In this document: piece after piece, positions 27,437-40,353 of the stretch
How the letters are laid out: every line of letters starts with the position of its first letter
How positions within the stretch are numbered: the stretch's first letter is position 1
Source of the DNA: Eledone cirrhosa
Lineage: Eukaryota
DNA length: 64,000 nt
NCBI GenBank assembly: GCA_964016885.1
Contig: OZ024753.1
Span: 45,818,001 to 45,882,000 of the forward strand
Reading direction: 5' to 3'
Position numbers and translations under genes: made by a program
Notes under the pieces: model-generated
The model's database searches: none
Seen by the model: only the letters and a program-made list of their open reading frames with translations
Told to the model about the DNA's origin: nothing

Positions 27437-30400
27437 TTTCTTTAGTCCCGTAACTCTTGAGAAAGTCGTAGTGGGAACGTATTTACATACGGCGTTTCTT
27501 GGGTATTTGTGAATCTGGTGGAGCCCATCTCCTCTCCATGTTGATTATTTATATATATATAATCATTTATCGCTCTCTGTGTGTGTATGCCTGGCTGTGT
27601 CCAAGTTTAAATGATTACATTAAGACATGTTTTCATATTTCCAAAAGAATCGCCTATTCTCTCTATAATCCCACATAAAGCTAAGATGCTATATACTATT
27701 TTCTTTTGTTGCTCAATCTTTTTAGTGTAAAGAATTCACTCCTTCAACCAACACCAATTTGAATCAAGAGACGTCAATATATGTTGTTCTACTATGAGTC
27801 GTATCAGTAATCGACGTAGCTAGCAATAGATGAGAAATATACCTTATTGTACACATGTTGCAGATATATAATTATATTTATAATTATAGTCATTCTTTTA
27901 AGAATTTTAACTACTTTTGTACTTTAGTATGATGCAAAACACAAAATAATATACATTGATAGTTTCGCTGCCTTTAAGAATGAGTCTATTATATTTCGCG
28001 GTATTTTCACGTCAGAGTATATTTTTATACATTGGTGTTCTCTTTAGTTCAGAAGATCTCAAGTGACACTATAAGCTCACAATGTTCAGTGCATTTACAA
28101 TGCTATATAATATTCCTTTTCTGAATGTTTATAGCCGTTTAAAATGCTGTAGCTGCTCTGGATTCAATTACAGCTTGTTCTATTGAATTATAAATGTTAT
28201 TACAGTCCAAATATCTCTGTTTACGAGGAAATATCTTATTCATTGTAATCGATTTATTTTTTATCCAGAGGATCTATAGTATTTTCCCAGTTTTCGCTTG
28301 ATGTTTTAAATCTTACTTTATTTTTTATAAATTCAATGTTCTCTATATCGACGTGATACAAAAATATTTATGAATATAATTGTGTACGCAAATATATATT
28401 GTGTAATATGAACATTGTTCTGTTATTGCTATCAAATGTATCTCTTAATATCATTATTGAGTGTTTTGTAAAATATTAAATTCATAGGATGGATGAAAAT
28501 TGCCTCAAACGTATTTAATCGAGTATTTAATCTTTGTTTAATACAAGTCTGAAACAGCAGCATTAAATAATAGACGAGAAAAAACATCGCTTGATTCCGA
28601 TTCAATATATATTAGCAAAAATATAATTAACCTAAAACATTTTCAGAAACATTGACAACAGCAGCTTTAGCAAATAAGAGAGTACATATATAAATTCCTT
28701 TACTACTAGAATTGTTAGATTTGTAGCTTGTATCTGCTTAGATTGTCTAGTGTTCTGAGATCGAGTTCTAAATCAGGGTTCGGTTTATAATTCTCCCTGA
28801 TTTTATGTGAATATTGATTTATATTGATTTATGTCATTATATGAGGGAAATTATAAACCTGAAATTCCACACACAATGTCTTTTTGTTTCAATATTGGCA
28901 AGAATTTACCTGGGTAGCTTTTCGCATTTTTTTCCTTAAAGTTGAATTATACGGAGTTTATGTATACTATTTTTCGTGTTTTGAGGAATTTTATTCATAG
29001 TGAATGGTTGAAAATATGTATTGGTAAAGTAATTAATATTATCTTTCAAATTGTTTTAGCTTCTCCCTGTTATGTTTTTTACGTAAAACCTGAAACGTAT
29101 TTGGTTTCAGTTTCATTTGTCTGGAACCAATTAAAATATGTGACATATTTTAATGGAGTGTAGTGTGTGGCACCGTGTTTATATAAGTGCCGTGGTAATT
29201 ATTTCTTATTAAACGTTGAGATAGAATTTCTTCTATCATCGGTTTCCGTTAGTGTTTGTTGCTAGCTACTTTATTGGATGTCTTCTTTTGGCGAACTAGG
29301 AAGTGGAATTAATATTCTTCACTAGAATACCGTTACCTTGTTCAATGTGACCTCGTCACATAATAATAATTCCCTTCAATTCTACCTATACATTTTTGTT
29401 AGAGAATCTGCCAAAATAATTAATGCGTTTATCTTTACAGTTGTATTTGAGTTGTTCGTACAAAATTGGTTTTTGAAACTTTAGTTGCTATTTAACGGTT
29501 TATCGCGGGTCAATGAAAATATAGAAATTAAAACACGAAAGGACGAGGAAAAATAAAAGCAGATAGTGGAATATTGAACTGGATTTTTAGAAGTGTTAAC
29601 ATTTTTCATAGAATTTTTTTACGTCACATGAACTCTAAGATACGTTGCATTGCATATGTTTTCTTTTTGTCACTAACAATCTTAGGATCAATATTTTCTA
29701 GAATTCAAATTGGAAAATGAAAACAATTATGAAAATATAACAAGAAATTATTTTAAAATTTAAACGCATCTTTACCATCTTCTATTTTTATAACCGAACG
29801 TCTTTCTATTCCTTCTTTGAATTGCCAATATATTCTAAACCCTATATTTATGCTTTATTGTTTTGTTGAGTATTTTTTATACAGATATATAAGAGAGCGT
29901 ACAGCTATTAAGGAAATATATTGCATTGCATGTGAAAGATTATTAGTATGAAAATCGAAAGTAAACATAAAGGCACACGAAGAAAGAAAAAAAAACAGAC
30001 ATAATCATTGCATTCGTTGTTATCACTACCCACTCTTCTAGCTATATAACAGCAGCTACAACTTCACTTTTATTATTATTAGTTTTATTACCAATTCTCC
30101 TACTACCACTCACGCCCAACCGAGAACATTCACATGCACAAATAAAGAAATTTGAGATGCACTAAAACGTAAAATAATAACCCGAAAAATAAAAAAACGA
30201 AGCATTTTCTATACAATTCTTACTAAACCTAATTGAAGTGTGTAGAGAAGGTTTGTAAGAAACAAACAATAGATTTATTGGTGAAAATCATGGAATGTAA
30301 GATTGCAATATTCTTTTTTTGCTTCCTTTTAATTTTTCGTGCATGTTATTGTAGTTTTACTTTAAAATCTCATAAGAGGTTTTCACGTTATCTAAAATAC

Positions 30401-30479
30401 AATATTTCACCTACTACTACTACGACTACTACTACAACTACTACTACAATAATACTAATAACAGTACAACTAATAATAA

Positions 30480-30836
30480 TTATGGTTTCTGATTTATGCA
30501 CAAGACCAGCAACTTGGGGGGAGGGGAAAGTCGATTAAATAGACCCCAGTGCGAGACTGGTACTTTATTTTATCGACCCCGTAAAGATGAAAGGCAAAGT
30601 TAATCTCGGAGGAATTTGAACTCAGAACGTAAAGGGCCGTAACTCTAAACCACAATGCATGTTGTACGACGCTCTACCAATCCACGACTGCTAATAATAA
30701 TGTTTCTGATTGAAGCAGAACAATTTTGGGGCTGAGAAATCTGATTAAATCTACCCCAGTGCGTCATTAGTATATTATACTCTCGACCCCATAATAAGGA
30801 AAGGCATAACTAACCTCGGTGGGAATTGAACTCAAA
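30480..30836 (-). mobile_element. Two tandem copies of the main SINE family (full 30480-30690, partial 30700-30836)
   Basis: Reverse complement of the core: ctggtactttattttatcgaccccgtaaagatgaaaggcaaagttaatctcgg...tttgaactcag. Confidence 0.85.
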
Positions 30837-32371
30837 TAATAATAATAATAATAAACATATTAATGATTATGAGTATTATTGATGATTTTAATGACATCGT
30901 TAATACGTTGCCAATACACATTAAGTGCCCTCCACCATTCTGTTTCGACAATGAATTATCTATGCACTCTTAATTGGGAACATGCCATCTTTACTCTGTT
31001 AGGTGTTAGCTAGTCAGCTAAAGTGTTAAATTCTTTGTAGCTATATATTAATCCAAGATTGCCACAGTTGCTTTGGGTATTAAGTTAATTTATTAAAACC
31101 AGAAACTTAATGCCGATAAAATTTACAATAATAAATTTTGTTGGCTGCGCTCTCATTTCATTGATGCCTTTTCAACGACTTTTAGGAATTAATATTCAAA
31201 ATGTATTTTCGAAAATTCTAATTCAACATGTGAATTTGAATTTTCTTAATTAATTTCTCCTTCTTCTCAAAAAGAGTTTGTCATTAATAGAAGCAAACGT
31301 GTCCAGTGTTTTCCAATCATATATCAAATTCGAATACGGCAGCAATCTCGATATCGTTTTATCCTCCATAGCCATCTCGATATATATTTATAGCGAATTT
31401 GCGATTCATATTCTACAGTATGTTGCTCAAACCTTCTCCGCTCTAGAGTAGACAACATCAATAGAGCTAACGTCCATGCATATACCTGTCCTCACTATCT
31501 CCTACAAAGATCATTCAAGTTTACATGACAACCATACTGAATGACATTTGAAATATCAGAGAACACAGTGGTTAAATTATTTCAGATCATTCAGGAATTT
31601 CACATATTACAAGACAGTAATGGTTCGAATATCTGAAGTGGTGTCTTCACATTTGGAGTATTAACTCCATGAGAAAACTCTAGCACTAAAATGACTTATT
31701 AACGTTATTTTCCCAATATACACAACAATACTATGAACCATACCGAAACTAATAAATTTTTGTCTATTTCAGATATAATGTATTTTGCAGCATTATTTAA
31801 CAATTTTTCACTTGTTTACCGCATTTGACTTCTTTCATTATTATATTTGTATACCTTTTAATTTCTCTTATTTTCTGTTCAATTTAAATTATTATTTGTA
31901 ACTAACAAATGCTTTCAATTAGATTAATTTTCATAATGGCTACAGCAATTATCGAACATGCTTGATCGATCAAGTCTGATATCTAAAAGTGGTAAAACAA
32001 AGAACAAATTAAACACTATAGCATTATTTTAATTCTTTTACTATCTTTCTGATTACATTCATTATATTGCTGCTTCTCGTGACAATGAAGAAATACTGCT
32101 GTCAGAGGCTGGGCATAGAGATTCAGTTGCAGGAGTTAGGGTTTATTAGTTTAACTTGGCAGAGGGTCGTTGGGACACATCACAAGAGACCCACATTTAA
32201 AATACCTGGAACACTTCTTCATAAATAACTACTCGACCACTGCTTGCTAACTTAGGGCTGAATACACACACACAACACACAGGTTGATACACAAACACAC
32301 ACTGATATAGGAATATGCGCACACACACACAAGTGTATGTGTGTGTGTGCACGTGTGTATATGCATATACA

Positions 32372-32471
32372 CAGGGTGTCTCTAAAAATATATATCACAC
32401 ATTGATTACAAGTACAGGCAATATTTATTAGAGTGCTGTTGAAGTGTGTATACATTTTTCGGGACAGCCTG
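32372..32471. mobile_element. ~100-bp Tc1/mariner-type MITE
   Basis: Imperfect ~25-bp terminal inverted repeats cagggtgtctctaaaaatatata / tatacatttttcgggacagcctg, with TA at the right flank. Confidence 0.6.
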
Positions 32472-32481
32472 TATATATATA

Positions 32482-32522
<41 letters not shown>

Positions 32523-33004
32523 TATGTATGTGGGGAGGTATATGTACATCCATATAATATTTACGTAAGCTTCATTAGATCCATATAACATTTACCATAA
32601 ATAGATATAACCTTAATTGTATTAACTCAGTTTCCAGAGAATATTTTCTTTTCTTATTATTTTCACTACAATTTTTGTTGTTTCAAAGTTTAGGATTTTA
32701 TTCTGCGCCTCAAAAAGAAATCCAATATTATGCAACCACCTTTTTATCTTGGCTTACCTTCCTTTTCATCTAATCATGCACACAATTTCTCACACTTCAT
32801 GTTCATAAAGTGGATTAATTTAGAGAGACACTTAAACATATATATATATATATATAAACATACATGTAAACATACACATAAACATACATGTATATATATA
32901 TATATATATAGTATTTCACTCATATATACATACATCATGGCTGAAATGAATATTGATATACCTTCATATACAAATATATCTGTAAACTACACACACACAC
33001 ACAC

Positions 33005-33039
<35 letters not shown>

Positions 33040-33041
<2 letters not shown>

Positions 33042-33108
33042 CATGACCATGCTGTTCCGTTGATCATATCAACTGTAATACTCATCGTCGTAAGCGACGG
33101 ATTGCCAA
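33040..33108 (+). mobile_element. 3' fragment of the second SINE family
   Basis: gctgttccgttgatcatatcaactgtaatactcatcgtcgtaagcgacggattgcca, similar to 2205-2260. Confidence 0.5.
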
Positions 33109-36100
33109 TTTTAATACGTGTGGGTTGTGTATATTTGCGGGTACTTCTTCATATTATTATTGTGCCAAAAGTAGAAACAATTATTAGTATTATTGTTATT
33201 ATTATTAGTATTATTATTTGTATCTATATGCTTATCATTGATTGCAATTGCCAAATGCGCAAAATACATTTCTCTGTGGATTTGTGTGCACATATGTGTT
33301 TGCATGTATGTATATGATGTAATTATATGTACGAGTATGTGACTGGGTATGTATAGATCTGTATGTGTCTCTGTATGTGGCTATGTCCATCTAATTACGC
33401 ATGATACTGTGGATTTTCCACACTTAATTTGCTGCACACTCCAAAGAAAATTAGGTTCCACTAGATTGAAACAATTAGTATATAGCTATGATTAAATTAT
33501 CTTAGATTTCTATGACGGAATTCTATCAGTAATAGTAGGTGGTGGATGTGAGCGTGGGGATGGCGGAGTGGGGGGTTGTGTCGGTAATACTACAACTACT
33601 ACTATACTACTACTACTACTAATAATAATAATAATAATGAAGAAGAGGGTGTAGAAAAAGAAGGAGATGAGAAGACGAAAAAGATGAAAAACAAGATGAA
33701 AAACAAAGAAGAAGAAGAAAAAGAAGGAGAAGAAGAAGAACAACAACAACAAGAAGCAGCAGCATTGACTAAATAAATGTATTAATAAAGACAGAAATAA
33801 AACGAGCTAATACTAAAATCACTGATCTATGTATCGGAAAGTAATCAATATGATGAAATTATTATTTTCGATTTCTCTCAAGTTTAAATAGTTAATACCA
33901 GTTAGATATAATGCAATTAGGTGACTTCCAACTCCTAAAACACCTTTTAATTACAAACAGGCTTTCTTTAACACCCCTATTTTAATACCAAATTCCTGCG
34001 TTTAATTCGATTTCCAAAGTTTTTTCATTTACCTTAATTGATACGCTTTTTCGACTTATTCTATTTTTCGATTTTTTTACATAATCGAAAACATTTATTT
34101 TTGGTAATTTTTTTTTTCAAAGGTAAAGTATTGAATTAAAAAAAATTATAATATTAAAAAAATTTATAATATCTAATATATAATTTTTCATTTGATCTGT
34201 AGATATTTGCACTTAAAACTCTTATATTTTAATATGTTTCACATAGAGATACGGTTGACTTTCACCTTCAGAAATATAATTGATTTAATATTTACACAAT
34301 GAAATATATTTAACGGAGAGTGCATTTATAGCGTTCGAATGATAACACATTACCAGCAACTCTAATCAATATGAGGGGTTGTAATGTGGGTTGATTAGAA
34401 ACTACTGCAATAGTAAACGATTAAGGAATTATGAATAACAATCAATCTTAGAGATTATATACATATATATGTATATATAACGAAGGAAGTCTGGTAAGGT
34501 ACCAGGTGGACCATAACGCACCAGAGTACTCGATACCTTGGGTAGTAGAGTGGGTAATAGGAAAAAGGTTCAGGAACCCGACGGCAGAGCTCAAGCCGTT
34601 TCGACGGGGTCCTGAACCTTTTCTTATATATATATATATATATATGTGTGTTTTAGTGGGTGTGTGTGCGCGTGTGTATGTGTGTTTTAGTGTGTGTGGG
34701 TGTGTGCATGTATACATGTATACATATATGTATATATGTACGTATATTTGTATGTACGTAGGTATTTATGTAGTTTTGCATACAAACATCTGTTATCAAA
34801 ACAATCCCTAACTCGGAAATTATGCTTTTCATTGTTGGAGAGATGTAAAATCTATCATCCAGACCTCTCTAGTATATTTCATCACTGTGAGAAAGATTAA
34901 ACACGTATTCGACAAAACTAGGATTCTATAAAAAAAATGTATCTAAATATCGCATGGTGATCTATTTATCAATCACCCAATCAGCCGATCTAATGCCCAG
35001 TTAGTAGAAAACATCTTCGATGTTGCTGGATGGCAGCCATTTTGAAATTTCATGGAGCAAATCTACTGCAACCGGATTGCGTGATATATATCATCATTTT
35101 CTATATATTCACCTAATAATATAGATTATAACCTAATGCGATGAGTGTACATATATAGAACATACATCCGGGTGACATTTGAAATATAACATGTTCCATG
35201 TTAAGACGATCGAAAAAAATAAGCAGACATATTTATTGATTGGGGATAAGGTCAGTGTTGTTGTTTATGGTATTTACAGACAAGCATGACATTACAAGAT
35301 CAATAATGAACTACATTTATATGATATATAGTGTAAATGAAGAGTGTATAAATAATGCGGAATCTCCATAGTTAAGTGTAACAAAATATTCCAGGTTTAA
35401 CTATATCTACCACTCCCTGACACATACATATAATAACACTCAAAACCTACGTTCAAATATATGTAGATATATTAATGGCTACGTCTATTTATCATTCAAT
35501 AAATCTCTCTGTTGTTCTCTGATCTCTCGCCGCTCTCCTTCCATATATATAAAAATATATAGACATCCAATCTCAAACGCACGCACACACAAACGTATAT
35601 ATATATATACATATATAAACACACTCACATATATATATATATATACACACACACATATATATATATATATACACACACTCACACTCATATATACATATAT
35701 ATATACACACACTCACACCCATATATATACATGTATACACACACTCACAGATATATATATATATATGCGTGTGAATATTGTGTCGTGGTGAATTTGTGAT
35801 CATATACATGCTGCTAGGATTGTATAAACTTTTTCCTGTTGTGTTTGTAAAGAATATAGGACGTTTGGTTGCTATTTCTAGCAGATCGAACCACAATAAG
35901 TAACCTTACCATCACATTGTATAATAGTAGCGACTGTTGTTGTTGCTTTAGTCGATGTTTAGATGATATATGAGTGGCCATCATGTGTGATATGAAACGA
36001 AACTTTATGCGTGGATTACGCTTTAAACGTTCAATGCATATTAAAAAAAAATACTAAGTTGTGGAACTGTAAACAACTTCCAAAATTAGTCCGTACCGTT

Positions 36101-36362
36101 CAACAGTTAAACCTGTATTTATGTCCGTTTAACTATCTGAGACTATACTTGTATTCAAGCGTGTAAGCATGTGTGTATGTTTATAAACGGAAATATTCCT
36201 GCACTGCACACACATACACAAACACACAGCCGCAAACATATTTTATGTGTGTATATAAGTACTCATAAATAGAACCATATATATATTTGCATACATAGAT
36301 ACACACACATATGTATACATATTTTTACTCTCTCTAAATGTGGGTTGTGTATGTATATATAC

Positions 36363-36408
<46 letters not shown>

Positions 36409-37576
36409 TACATGCACACACACACGTCGATTAATGTGAGATATTTTCAAAACTAAAGTTATATTTGCCCTTTTACATGGTGAGCTAAATAATAATTCTG
36501 CCCTAATTCAGAATTACATTTGGAAGACAGAGGTCACCAGTTTGTTATGTTATTTTCGAGTGCAAAGGCGAAAAGACTTTCTAAATATATCACGCCTCTT
36601 TTATATCCTTCTCACTGAATCTTTTACTAGCTTCATATTTTCTTGTCTTCTCATTTTTTTTTCGTTTTTCTTTTATCATTCAACCATTTTATATTTTACT
36701 TCTTTCGTCTTTCGTATTATTTATTGTGTTCTGTTTTCCTTATACTTTTCTTATTCTTGTATTTTCTTTCTTCATCTTTTCATCCAAAACATTACATGAA
36801 CTATTCCCGGAAGAGAGGAGAAAGTTATTTTAATATCTTCTGAATATTGATCAGTTAGAAAATATGTGCTTAGAATTACGATACATCAGCCTTTCCCAGA
36901 AAACGACATTTTGCACGCTAGCAAAATATATATAAACGTATATATATATACTTGTGTATTCGAGTGGGTATGTATGTGAATAGGCAGGTATGCATACACA
37001 TATACACACATGCATATGTATATATAAGGGTATGTAGATAGTAGAATTGGTGTAAAAGAGAAATAAGCGTTCCCATTAAATAAAGTAGAGATATGTATAT
37101 AATGTATTTCAAGGTTTAAAATATCACAAATAGTTACTCTGAGTTGCTCTTCCAGAACTTGGGACGATCATGTTGAACAGTACACGGCTGTCATAAAATA
37201 CACCAGATTATATATATATAAAATATGGTGAGTGTGTGTATATATATATATAAAATATTTATATATAAACATGAATGAACTTGTTATTTTTATCTAAATA
37301 CAGTTTTTCCAATTCCAGCCCGCCCGTCCCCTCAATCTATTTTATTTCTCATTCTTTCTTCTGATGAAAGACTAGCGTCCAAAACGTTAAGACCCTCTTC
37401 CTGCTTTATCAAGTGTTAATCTAATATATCGCTTCCATATACTGTACCTATTGTGTTGTTATTTCTGTTTATTATTATTATTATTCTCTACATTCCTTAC
37501 ATCAAACTAAAATATGTTGACAATCTTTTAATAATGTCTTCCTTCTGAAATTTGTGGTCTTGTTTTGCTTAACTAA

Positions 37577-37613
<37 letters not shown>

Positions 37614-38163
37614 TGTTTAACTTATGCCAAATCCTCCAAATGAGGAGAAGGTTTTGGTAGGAGTTAAACTCTGTTTTTATGCTTCACTGCACTTAGACAT
37701 TTTTAGCTGTCTCTTCGATTGAGATATCTCGTTTATTAATGAAAATTTGGTTTTACTTTTCTCTCTTTTATGTATATATAAGTTAGGCTTCAGCCTTCTA
37801 CTGGTATCATGTAACATAGTACAACCCGTTTCATGATCGAATGGTCGGGAATTAAACCCCCCCCCACCAAACTCTGTTCTTTTGAGTAAAATAAGTGGAC
37901 CCCCAACAACAGAAAGAAAACTTTTCATGTTGTATTATATAACACTAAAGTTAATGCTACCAAACAAAGCTGGTACAACCCACAAGGTAGCTTACAGATC
38001 TACGATGAAACCACATAATTATGAAGAGAATATGTTTTAGTATTAAGATGAAAGAGACGTTTTTACGCGATCACCTTTAAATTAATTTCAACGTAAATCA
38101 ACATTTATTCTGAAATGTATTAAATATTGAAATATATTTGTGTATCGAATGCGCAGTGGAAAA

Positions 38164-38230
38164 CGACCCCGTAAGGATGTAAGGCAAAGTTAACCTCGGC
38201 AGAATTTGAACTCAGAATGGCAAGGACCGG
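38164..38230 (-). mobile_element. Internal fragment of the main SINE family
   Basis: cgaccccgtaaggatgtaaggcaaagttaacctcggcagaatttgaactcagaatggcaagg is the reverse complement of the core. Confidence 0.85.
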
Positions 38231-38624
38231 AGCATTAGAAAATAATGTTTTATATTGCATATTGTGAAGGGCACCGCAATCTCTTCCACAACACCTTATT
38301 CTGAACCTAAAAAATCGTGACAATTACAAAATATTGCGATGGAAGTTATTGAGCAGAGATTTATAGGTGTAAATAACCACACTAAAAATAAAAGAAAACA
38401 TGAAAAACACCAACAAAACCATTAACTAAAAATCAGTAATTATGTGTTAATCAGTTGTGTTGACGGCATACAAATGTTGAATGATCTCGTATATGAATTC
38501 CCATCTGCTGTTCTCTATATAGTATAGATGTTAGGTCGAAAACTGGCTTAATGAATTATTGATCGTTTCACCAGTTGAATTATTCTTCTTGTTATTTTTT
38601 TTGTATTTGTTATCATTATACGAA

Positions 38625-38667
<43 letters not shown>

Positions 38668-38970
38668 GGTGGTAGAAAGATTCTGTTTCTTGTTTTCCTT
38701 ATATTTTCCGCTTGGCAGTATGTTATCTTGGTGTTTTAACAGCCAACCTGCACCATAGCACTTGCCATGCTCTCATAGAATTCAATTAGTAAAGCAGAGT
38801 GTTGAAAAGATTACGGAGAATAGAAATAGATCGTTCTCTCTCTCTCTATGTAAGTTGGTACATGCACATACATATGTATATAAATACATACATATACACA
38901 CACATTTGTGTGTATATTAATTTGTGTATATATATTTATATGTTATCTCTTTCTCTTAATTTCGAGTATA

Positions 38971-39768
38971 TTTTTTTTTTGACCGGCCACCTTCCTGGTG
39001 GCAAGGTTGTAAAAGAAAAGAAATTGTCATCCCTTGAATCGCAAGAATGTTTTGCAAATTTTGAAGGTACCAGCTATCGCAGTCATTTGTAGACAATGAA
39101 TTAGGGAGCTGCGCTTTTTGTCCGCAAATCCAAGTTCAGTCATACTTTGGTCCAAGCGGGTTGGTATATAACCCGTAGCTCCAATAATGATGGGTATGAA
39201 GCTAAAAGTGTATCTTGGATACTCCTCATCAATGGTCCGTAGATGTATGTCCTCCTTCTCCTGTATTTTTCTGACAACGTTTACATCAAGTGGGCAGCTG
39301 ATCTCCACAACACAACACGTTTTCAACGTGTGGTCCCAAACAACAATATCAGGCCGGTTGTGCTTTAATTTGGTGGCAGTTTTTATTTTCAGGTTCCACC
39401 AGTATTCCTTAGTGCCATCTGTCTCAATATATTCTTCCTCGTTTGTTGTTAATTTTGTTTTCCGAAGTGCATTCCATATGGTTCTAGCTATCCCATCGTG
39501 TCTCATGGGGAGGTAGTAGCGAGATGACATTCTTTCGCAGCTGGCAACAATGTGGCTTACATCCTCGATCTTTGTTTTACATAGCCTACATTTATTGTCA
39601 GCTGCTGGCCCTCCTCTTTTGTGCAGCAGATATTTGGTAGGGAGTTCTTGTTCCTGTATTGCATAGAGATATCCCTCAAGGTGTGATGTCATAAACTTGT
39701 CGGAACTCCATGCCAGGCTTTTTGAGTGGTTTATCCCCTCTATGGTCTGTGTTTTACGTCTCATCCTA
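38971..39768 (-). mobile_element. 5'-truncated non-LTR retrotransposon with restriction-like endonuclease (R2 superfamily: R4/Dong/NeSL-like)
   Basis: The translation has AIQEQELPT, a CCHC knuckle (CRLCKTKIEDVSHIVASC), RHDGIAR and the RLE motif NRPDIVVWD..KTCCVVEISCP. The stop is at 39027, followed by a ~46-nt 3' UTR and an A10 tail (T10 at 38971-38980). No RT domain is present. Confidence 0.9.
39027..39768 (-). pseudogene. C-terminal remnant (zinc knuckle + RLE) of the retrotransposon ORF
   Basis: Part of ORF 39027..39929. The N-terminal portion of that ORF is only (TATG)n read-through. Confidence 0.85.
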
Positions 39769-39872
39769 TGTATGTATGTATGTATGTATGTATGTATGTA
39801 TGTATGTATGTATGTATGTATGTATGTATGTATGTATGTATGTATGTATGTATGTGTATATATATATACATA
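39767..39872. repeat. (TATG)n tetranucleotide microsatellite
   Basis: Direct reading. Confidence 0.95.
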
Positions 39873-40210
39873 TGTGTGCGTGTGTTGTATATTTTGAAGG
39901 GAAGGTGGACGGACGCTAAGTTCTCTCATTCAGAAACGTATAAGGTCAAACAGAATTTTTAATTGATTGCAGAAAATCCTGAAACAAATTAACAAAATAT
40001 ATTAAAACGTTAATGTAGAGGTGAATATTGAAACAGCACTAAATATGTAGCTAGGAGTTCTTTCTTCCGGTTTGTTTTCTTTTTTTCTTTTTTCTAACTT
40101 ATTTCGTAGTGAACAACATTAACACACACACACATATATATATAAATAAATATTAATTCTGGGGTAGTTTGGAGTATTTGGGGGCTATTTTGTTGTTATT
40201 AATATTTAAT

Positions 40211-40353
40211 GTAAGGATGAAAGGTAAAGTTAACCTCTGAGTTCAAATCCCGCCGAGGTTATCTTTGCCTTTCATCCTTACGGGGTCGATAAAATAAAGT
40301 ACCAGTAATGCACTGGGTAATTGTTGGCCTTGTGCCAAAAGTAGAAACAATTA
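40211..40353 (+). mobile_element. 5'-truncated main-family SINE preceded by an inverted copy of its own core
   Basis: 40211-40237 is the reverse complement (25/27) of 40255-40281. The remainder matches the SINE 3' half. Confidence 0.85.

Noticed and set aside
28782-28860. Short inverted repeat ggtttataattctccct / agggaaattataaacc
   Set aside because: It is too short and AT-rich to call a MITE without copy-number evidence.
39769-39929. N-terminal extension and start codon of the 300 aa ORF
   Set aside because: It consists of (CATA)n read-through and flank sequence, not part of the retrotransposon protein.
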